In this document: positions 50,191 to 64,000 of the stretch, piece by piece
Position numbering within the stretch: position 1 is the stretch's first letter
Layout: every line of letters begins with the position of its first letter
NCBI GenBank assembly: GCA_964247055.1
Contig: OZ176051.1
Span: 4,464,001 to 4,528,000, forward strand
Length of the DNA stretch: 64,000 bases
Origin: Paragordius varius
Taxonomy: Eukaryota; Animalia; Nematomorpha
Reading direction: 5' to 3'
Translations under genes and position numbers: made by a program
Notes under the pieces: model-generated
What the model was told of the DNA's origin: nothing
Database searches by the model: none
What the model saw: only the letters and a program-made list of their open reading frames with translations

Positions 50191-50876
50191 ATAATAAAAT
50201 AAATATTTAAAATATATATTTTTATTAGCCTCAATTCATTAAAGTTTTATGGTAGCTTATAAATTATTTCATAAGCATCCACGAATTCGAATTTTTTATT
50301 CCTTGGCTAATTTTATATTTGAATACCGATTCCATATAATTATAACCATTTTGACAAATCATCATGTTTTGATTGGTTTTTCTATTGCTTTGGTATCTTG
50401 GATTTGATCTCTTGCGAATTTTTTTTTGAATTTGCTATATAATAGATCCTTTTTACAGTATCGTTATTAATAGTATTTTTAACGTCTATTAGTTCTGTTT
50501 TGAAATAGGTTTTTCAGTAAACACTAAAATAAAACAATTTCAACCAAACAATATATTTTGCTTTTTAATAATGGCTTTATCAATATTATGGGTGCCTTTG
50601 TCAAAATTCTTTCACCATTTTTGACATCAATGATATAGCAGTCGCCAGCATAAACTTTAACATCGTATAAACCTATAAGACAATCGGATTCCCTAAATTT
50701 TTAGAAAGTTGTCTTACTCATAAATATTATTTTAGCTTTGTGTCAGAAACCTTTTAAAATATATTGCTAGATACTAATATCTGAATGTTGCAGTCGAGCA
50801 GATGTTTACTTTTAAATTATAGGAGTAACCGGTTTACAGAGTGTCAACAAAAAAAATAATGAGAACTATATGTATA

Positions 50877-52119
50877 CAATGTGTGCAAAAAAGAGGGTCA
50901 TTTAGATTTAACGAAAAAATTTTTTTTTCATGAGATAGCTTACGACCAACGTATTCATTTGCCGCAAAATTTTTTATTTGTTGACCTAGTTTTATTAAGA
51001 AAAAATCGAAATCGGGCAAAAAGTGAAAATTAAGGATAATCAAAAAATAATGATAAAATCTAAAATATTATCGTTTATTATCATTTTAGGAGATATTTTA
51101 ATATATAAATAGCCTAAAATCATATAGTTAGGGTTTCTATAAAATTTCAAGTGAAAAGCGCTTTTCTTTTATCACACTTAAAAGACAATAAAAATTGATG
51201 AAACTATATTAAAATAATTTTTTTTAATTATTTACTACCTAAACTGACTATTAAAATCTTAACATTCATATTTTATTCAGTAAAATAACTTTTAAATCAA
51301 AATAAAACCAAAAATATTGTTTTTTATTTTTGCATTTTTTTGTCATCTGGTTTATGATTATATAAAAAATTTATACTGTTTTATTATGGATTCTTAAATG
51401 ATTAGGAATAATTAAGTATATATTTTATGCAAAGTAGGATTTAAAAGTAGTGGAATATCAACCAACAATCCTTACAATTTCCTGTAACAAGTCTGTTTTA
51501 TAAATTAATATTTGTATTTTGATTTGTACGGATTGTTGGTTGATATTCCACTAATTTTCAATCCTATTTTGCATAAATTATATACTAAATAATTCACACT
51601 CATCTAAGAATCCAAAATAAAACAGTATAAATTTTTTATACACTCATAAACCAGATGACAAAAAAATGCAAAAATAAAAAACAATATTTTTGGTTTTATT
51701 TTGATTTAGAAGTTTATTTTACTGAATAAAATATGAATGTTAAGATTTTAATAGTCAGTTTAGGTAGTAAATAATTAAAAAAAATTATTTCAATATAGTT
51801 TTATCAATTTTTATTGTCTTTTAAGTGTGATAAAAGAAAAGCGCTTTTCGCTTGAAATTTTATAGAAACCCTAACTATATGATTTTAGGCTATTTATATA
51901 TTGAAAATATTTCCTAAAATGATAATAAACGATAATATTTTAGATTTTATCATTATTTTTTGAATTATCTTTCACTTTTTGCCCAATTTCGATTTTCTCT
52001 CAATATTTCAAAAACTAGGTTGTCAACAAATAAAAAATTTTGCGGCAAATGAATACGCTGGTCATAAGCTATATAATGAAAAAAAAATTTTTTAGTTAAA
52101 ATTTTTTTTTCACACAGTG
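50877..52119. mobile_element. Tc1-like foldback element: ~600-bp inverted arms, ~40-bp spacer, TA flanks
   Basis: 50877-~51481 is the reverse complement of ~51521-52119. Termini TA|CAATGTGTG and CACACAGTG|TA. Confidence 0.9.
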
Positions 52120-52129
52120 TATATATATA

Positions 52130-53266
52130 TACTGATAGGAAAATGTACAGGATTCATGGTCCTTTTGGGTATTGCCTTATTGAGTAATTTAAGGATGTAA
52201 TTTATACTTTTGGAGTGTGCCTTATATCAGAAAATGACAAAATTTGGCACATTTTTTAAATCAGATAAACAACATATAAAAAGCAACAATATTTTTAAAA
52301 ATTAGATGTGGACTCCGAAAGTCCCAAAAAATATTTCTCTTTTAAAATGGGCTAATCGTGTACCGTCATTTAATGGCGAATCCCCATACAAATGAATGAT
52401 GATGAAAGTGTTTGGATTGCGCGATAAAAATTTTATATATGCCATCAATTAAAAATATTCCGTATGATGTATACTTTTTTCAAAAATTTATTTTTAGTAA
52501 ATTTTGTTGAAGCGCGCTTCATACTATTTGAATTATCATAGATACGGTTTAAAAACGCTATAAGATATTATAAAAACACTTTTTCTACATTCGATGATGC
52601 TGAACATTTTTATAACTTAAATTTAATTTAAAAATTGGTTTGCTTAAATTTTTTTGAATTTTTGTAAAAAAAACAATATTTATTTAACATACATTTGAAG
52701 CTAAGCGAATATTTTGATCAAAATTTTGAGGTGATAAGTGTTTAGCAATTAAATTAGGCGAAAGTGTTTTTATGGTATTATTAAAACGTTTTTTAACCGT
52801 TTTTATGACAAAATAGTATAAATGCGCTTCAACAATTTTTTTTTTAAAATTAAATTTTTGAAACAAGTATGCATATTTAAAATATTTTTACTTGATATTA
52901 TTATTTAGCATATATATTTATTATCGCGCAATCCCGGCATATTTGTGTTCATTTTAGGATGATTAGTTACATTTTAGAAGGACAACAAAATCTGAGACTT
53001 TTCGAGCCCTCACTATAAATTAAAAATATTGTTTTGTTTTATGTTGATGATATATTATCTAGTGATATTTTGTGATGAAACCTCTAGCTTTCATCAAAAA
53101 AATTTATTTAAAAATGTGCTTAAACTTTGCTATTCTGATATGAAGCACTTACCATAAAAGTGGAAACTTTCTTAAATCATTCGTAGGGGCCAAAACCAAA
53201 AATACCATGATATGTCGGAATGTAATTTTATCAGGTTATTTCTTTCTACCCAATTTCGGACCAGTG
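52130..53266. mobile_element. Tc1/mariner-like non-autonomous element with long degenerate TIRs
   Basis: Left (T)ACTGATAGG and right CCAGTG|TA. Arms are mutually inverted and similar to 23212-24369. Confidence 0.75.
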
Positions 53267-53402
53267 TAATTATATTTTATAATACATCCTAATTAAGGAG
53301 CTTAAAATATGTTTTGTAAAAAATAAGTTTCAGGTCTCAACACACCTAAAGCTAAACCTTTTTTAATTTAATTACTACTTAATCCTTTTGGTATTTGTTT
53401 TA

Positions 53403-53608
53403 CAGTGGTGCTGAAACCGCGGCCCACGGGCAGCAGGCGACCCTAAAAATAATTGGCCCTGAATATTTATTAAATTTTTTTATGTACTTACTTTGAGTAT
53501 AAATCTTCAAATGTGTTAAACAGCTATGAAATTTTTATCGGTATTATATTATGCACGGTCCGTGAGACTAGAAATTTTTTGGCGGCCTTTTTATTATAAA
53601 TACCACTG
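53403..53608. mobile_element. Short MITE-like element
   Basis: Terminal inverted CAGTGGT...ACCACTG with internal GCGGCCC motifs like those of hAT-derived MITEs. No clear TSD. Confidence 0.4.
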
Positions 53609-54940
53609 TTACCGGTTATTCCGTAAATAATAATGTAAAAAATCTGTTATAGTAAAATTTACTTATTCATATTTGGATTTATCGGTCATAACTTTTAATA
53701 GAAGCTTCACCAATCTACTTATAACGAGGAAATAAACATTAACAATTATACAAGTATTCGTTTGTTAAATTAGTCTCGTAATCTATCAAAGTTAATATAT
53801 GCAACATATGAACATCCTAAAACAAAATATGAAGCAATCGTTTCAACTGTACTTTTAATGCATTGAAACCCATTATGTGTGGATACGGGGTTACTTCTTT
53901 AACGGTAGTGCTAAGATTTTAATAACCATATTTTTTTACATAGGATATAAGTTGAAGCAAATATATAATTTTATGAGCCCATGAGAAAAAATCCCTTAAT
54001 TTGATATTTTTGCACAACAACCCACCGCTGGTCTCTGTTGATAGTTAAACAAGAGTGGTCTAATTAAGACTACTGGTAGTTATCATTAGAATTTTGTTGG
54101 CCAGGCTTAGACTATCTGTAATGCGGTGTTTATAATCATACATATATGGTATAAAATATATATTTTTTAATTATGTCACGCATAAAAGCTCCTCTGTAAG
54201 ACAAAATATTTATCAAAGAAAATGACCTTTCTATTTAAATCGATTACACCAAATAGATACAATTCTAATTTTAAAAAATAAAAATATAGAATAAAATTTT
54301 ATTTTATTAAAAAAGAGTAATATTTGTGCCTTAACATTTATTAACAGCTCGGAGATCCTTTAATAGAAATATAAAATTGATATATGGGATAAATAATTTA
54401 TTAACTCTATATTTGATTAGATATAATCACAATAATAAAAATTTGAGCTTAATATGCATCACAAAATAAAAATAATACATATATAAATATTTTGTGTTTA
54501 ATAAAAAGAGTATTAAAATAATTTGTAAAAGTTGATATGTTAATTTTTGTTCAAATAATAAAATTAGCTTTTATGCTTTGATATATATACATATATAAAA
54601 TTAATCTAATATTTTAAAAACATGGTTGGTTTTATTATAAAAATGTAAAAAAGCTAAGCATATTTTGCATATATTGGTCAGTTATTATTAAGACAGTAAA
54701 TATTAAAAATATAAAGACAAATCATAAAAAGAGAAAGATAAATATTCTAAGTATAAAGAAAACCAATTTTATTATATACCATTGTTATAAGATACGATTT
54801 AATATTTTACGATCGTAATCATTTAAGTATATAGAGCATATGGAAAATATGATTTTCTTTACAAAAAAATTCAAGTCTTTTACGTTTTTACGTTGTGTCT
54901 TTATAAAAATTTTTACTGTAATAATATTATTATTATATAA

Positions 54941-59281
<4,341 letters not shown>

Positions 59282-59519
59282 CTAGATGATGATAAAATGT
59301 AAATGTAGGGCATATGTTAAAAAATAGGTAATATTGTAATTTATTGCACAGAGGACTATATTAATTTATTTAATAACACTTTGATCTATTGGATAATTGA
59401 CTAACAATTAATTTATGCTTAACATTATCGAACACATTGCAGCTTAAATAAAAAATAATATTCATGGATTAAAAAAAACCCAATATTTATGGCGTTTTCT
59501 AATTTAATATTTGGTAATA

Positions 59520-61055
59520 TTCTCATGTGAGTTTTAAGGATATGCGTATTTTCCCGTCTCTAAACATATCCAGTCCATTGTAACCGGAGTGTATGGTATA
59601 AGTTTAAGGGTTTAGTATAGTTGAATTTAGATAAATTGTGTGCAAATAATATTGCTTTCAGTAGTTTCGATTCAGTGTTTATGAGTTTGTTTTTGACATC
59701 GGCCAGAATTCAGATCCGTATGTCTGGACGGGACGAATGGCTGTTGTATAAATGGCACACTTAGTTTGTAATTTGATGAATTTATAATTATTATTATTTT
59801 AACGAATGGTATTTTTTCCACATTTGTAATATGCGATGTTAAATTGCATGTTCTATTCCACCATCGGCTGATATCTTATCACCCAAGTAGCGAAAATTGC
59901 TTACTGTTTCTATATTGAAGGGATTGGAAATTGGGTTGATTGCTAAATTATTTATTTATTATTTATACTCCCAAGCATTTGTAACTTTCATCGTTGTCAT
60001 TTAGAATTTTGATACTACTACATTGTACCCTTTAAGAACAAGAATTACAGCGTACGGAGTTTGATTAAACTTCTTTTTTACAAATGTTCCACGGGTTTTT
60101 AGAGATGGAATCATCAGACATTAATTTAGTTTTGGAGAAATTGACTTTTAGTCCGTAGCTTTGTAGGGTGCCATTCCACAAACGAATTTTCGCCATGAGA
60201 TCGCTTTCAGTTGTCGATGTTATTAGAGGTCGTCGGCAAAAAGAATTTGGTGTGGCATGCCGGTTGCGATGTCTTTAGTTATTTCTTCCATAATGACATT
60301 GAAAAGGGTGGAGCTTAATATGGATCCTTGGTGGAGTTCATTTTTTATTAAGAAATTTTTCCTTAGTCCAAACAGTGTTTAAATCTGGGCATTGGTTTCG
60401 ATATAAGTGCTTATTAAGGTTATCAGCAATTCCTCAATGCCTTGACGTGTAAGAGCCCATGAAATAAGATCTCTTGGAATGGCGTCAAAGGCTCGTTCCA
60501 TGTCAAGAAAAGTGTATTATAAAAAAGTTTTTTTAGTGTATGAGCTTTGAAGTTGTTTTAACAAGAATATGGCTTCTATTATAATTTTATTTGGCAGGAA
60601 CCCACATTACATTTCGTTGAAATGTAATTTGGACAGGATTTCAAAAAAAATTTACTTTTTCAAAGACTTTCATTGTGTGATCTAGTAATTTTATTGGCCG
60701 GTAGGATTTGGGCAGTAGAGGATTTTGCTTTTTTGTATATGGGTATGATATGGCTGTTTTCCCAGTCAGCTGACATTTTTTATATTTTATTATATTATGA
60801 GTTTACTAACTGAGGGTCAATCATTTCAAGCACGTCAACTGTGAGCTCTGAAGGGCCAGGGAGTTTTTTATTATTTATTTTTGGTAAAGAAGTATTGATA
60901 TCTGAATTTTCCAAGATTTCAGCAAAGATTTGAATAGGCATCGACGTGTAGGGATAGTTATGAGATTGTTTAAATTTAAAATTTCTAAAAAGTGAATAAG
61001 ATAACTGCTTTTAACAAGAACTGGTTCATTAATTATTACATTGCTTACTCTCACT
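59520..61055 (-). mobile_element. Decayed RTE-like LINE, RT and 3' part, in an Akt intron
   Basis: Minus-strand remnants FLDMERAFD, HQGSILSSTLFNVIMEE and RLQWTGYV. Reverse complement of parts of 62380-63300. Confidence 0.8.
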
Positions 61056-61065
61056 GGGTTAAAAT

Positions 61066-63600
61066 GGGCTGGACATGTTGAGAGACTGGAAGATACGCAT
61101 ATCCTTAAAAGTCTGAAAATTTACTCGGTTAAGCTACGATCCGGTAGATACCAGATGGCTCAATACCCACTCACCTCAATTTCTCTTATTTATAAATCAC
61201 CTTAAATATCCCATTCTAAGCCTCTTTCACCTCATTCAGAAGGGTTATTCCGCAAGAAAGAACATTCTGGAATGTAAAGGAGCAAATGTCACAACTTTCT
61301 AACACTAATTATGACAAATTCACTCACCCAAACTTAATTTGGGAGCTATAATGTTAACTCTTTAAATAAAAAAAACCTATGAGATCATCTTAGCTTTACA
61401 AAAGAGCAATATTTCAATATGTGGTCTTCAGGAATGCCATTGAAAAAAAACGGCACTACATCGATTGTCAATTGTCATCTATATTGGTCCGGTAACAATA
61501 TCAATAAGATATCTGGAGTTAAATTCCTTATGCATAATAATTACTATGATAATATAACTTCTATAAAGTACATAAATGACCCCACATTAAAATTTTACTT
61601 CGTGATAAATATTTAATCTTTTCTCCATTTCTCAATGAATTTATAATTAAAATGGGTGACCTTGATGTTCATTTTGGGTAGCAATAATGCTGATATCCAC
61701 GGAGGTTATGGAACTGACTATATAAAGGACAAAGGATCATGTTTGATTGGTTTTTTTTACAATAAACACGTATTTAAAAAAATCAGAATAATCATTATTA
61801 TACATATGAGTCTGTAAACCTCAAATCTATGATTGATTTGTTCCTGACAAATAAAAATCAAAAAAACTTTCATCAATGTTACAGCAATATACGAACTGCA
61901 GTTAAACCAAAAACTGATAGTCTTAAAAACCACCTTAGCATGTCTTAACCTAAAATCTCCAGACGAAAGAATTATCAAAAGATCTGACATAAGATGTTTA
62001 AACTATAAAAAACTGAGAGATGACGCGCAGAAAACGGCCCAATTTTAATCTCCCGTAACTAAAAATTTGAGAAAACTCACACCCAACCTGGGAAAATTTA
62101 AAAAATACTTATATCCATAGAGTTGAATGTCTGGTAAAGAGGGAAACATCAAATAAAAGTCATCCAAAAAATATCAATTTTAATGGAATTTTATAAAGTG
62201 AAAGAGTATATAAAACAGAAAATTTTTGGCATATAAAATTTGGTTTAAGGAAAAAACACCATTAAATAAAAAATTGCATGTAGATTCCAAGAGTTTATGT
62301 CGAAAAATTATCAGGGAAGCCAAAAATGAAGAAGCTCTAAAGTATGCGAAAATTTATATAAATAAGAAAACTGTATATAAATGGGCTAAAAACAATAATA
62401 ATAACACATCTGCACCAAAATTAATGAGTGGCAATAATAAATAAACCATCTGTTGTTAAAAACAGCTATCTTAACTACTTTTCAGAAATATTAAAATTAA
62501 ACAATCCCATAACTATCCCTATCACGTCGACGCCTATTCAAAGCTGCGCTGAAAACTTAACAGATTCAGATATCAATACCGCTTTACTTAAAATAAAAAA
62601 TAAAAAACTCCCTGGCCTTCTGAGTTCACGGTTGACATGCTTATTTCAATGTCATTATGGAAGAAATATCGAAAGACATCGCAGACGGCATGCCACACCA
62701 AATTCTTTACGCCGATAACCTCGTAATAACATCGACAACCGAAAGCGATTTCATTCGTTTGTAGAATGGCACCCTACAAAGTTACAGACTAAAAGTCAAT
62801 TTTTCCAAAACTAAATTAATGTCTGATGATTCCTTCTCTAAAAACCCGTGCAGCATATGTAAAAAAGAGTTTAATCAAACTCCGTACGCTGTAATGCTTG
62901 TTCTTTATGGGTACACAAAAAATGTAGTAGTCTCAAAACCCTAAATGATTACGATAAAAATTACATATGCTTGAAATGTAAAATAATAATGTTATCAATA
63001 ATTTAGCAATCAACTCGATTCCCAATCCTTTCCATGTGGAAACAGTGAGCAGTTTTGCTACTTGGGCGATATGATATCAGCCGGTGGAGGAATAGAACAT
63101 GCAATTAAACATCGCATATAATAAATGTGAAAAAAATTCCACTCTTAAAAATAATAATAAATAATAAATTCGTCAAACTACAAATTAAGTGTGCCATTTA
63201 CACAACAGCCATTCGTCTCGTCCTTACATACGGATACGAATCCTGGCCGATGTCAAAAAAAAGAATCCAAACTCATAAACGCTGAATCCAAATTATTGAA
63301 AACAATATTTTTCGCAAACAATCCATCTAAATTCAATCAAAACGAATCCATAAACCCGTACCATATATCCAATCTCAACCCCATCAACAATGTAATCAAA
63401 AATCTCCATTTCATGTTAAAAGACGGCGTGATACCCATAATCTTAAAACAATAAAAAATTACTCGCTTGAACTACCAGCGAAATCCGGTAGACCTCATAC
63501 CACATGGCTCAACACAATACCAAAGGACCTTGAATCGCTTAATTTAAATATAGAATTAACCGAATCAAGAAAAGATGGTAAAAATTCGGTGTAGACAAAT
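61066..63600 (+). mobile_element. Decayed RTE-like LINE (APE endonuclease plus deleted RT), preceded by a short 3'-end fragment, in an Akt intron
   Basis: 61066-61165 encodes KWAGHVERLEDTHILKS. From ~61340: GSYNVNSL...ICGLQEC and YWSGNN (APE-like), then LFQCHY/ILYAD-type RT remnants and GRPHTTWLNTIPKDL near 63490. Numerous frameshifts. Confidence 0.8.
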
Positions 63601-64000
63601 CCCCATACAAATGATTATCATGTAAGTTATAACCTTATAATAATGTATAAAACTTATTATAAGGGTAGATAGTGCTTGATGTAAAAAAATCCAATTTTTA
63701 AAAAATATATTTTATGTTCATATATCTATTAAACCAAAAACCTGAGCAAAAATTTAAAATGCTATAATGTGTACTGTAAAATTATTGAGTAGGAAATGTT
63801 ATTGACACAATTTATTTTTTCATGAAAAAACTTTTGTACTCAAATACGCAAAGAGAGTAATGTACCAAATTTGCAAATAATGACAAAACGTGACTTTAAA
63901 TAAATGCGTTTTAACACAAAAAAGGCAAAGTTAGTGATCCAAAAACTATATCATTTTAGGATTAAAAAAGTATATTTATACAAACAATATTATATATAAA

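Overview
This is very AT-rich eukaryotic genomic DNA with GT-AG spliceosomal introns and the standard genetic code. The gene set (Akt/PKB, MTFR1-like, PTTG1IP-like, SLC35G-like, RPS7) indicates an animal; the species cannot be identified from the sequence. All gene models were built by hand by chaining exons in frame; no searches or computations were run. (1) 9.5-31.7 kb: a secreted-protein locus. It has a signal-peptide gene ending in a Pro/Val/Gly-rich exon (9509-12986), followed by a 36-exon in-frame chain (13386-31714). The chain encodes a cysteine-free polyprotein of 14 helical 'TPEQK...PGNK' modules separated by 15 canonical furin-type R-x-K/R-R sites, and it probably borrows the upstream signal-peptide exons by alternative splicing. 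(2) MTFR-like (minus) and SLC35G-like (plus) genes lie head-to-head with 69 bp between start codons; the SLC35G protein has large loop insertions and a probable ~475-aa tail. (3) PTTG1IP-like, RPS7 and the 3' half of an Akt gene with a ~144-aa turn-motif to hydrophobic-motif linker. (4) Seven obligatory introns of only 22-24 nt in three genes, coexisting with ordinary introns of about 70 nt to over 1 kb. The rest is decayed mariner, Tc1-like foldback/MITE, Helitron-like and RTE-like LINE material. No rRNA, tRNA or CRISPR array was recognised.
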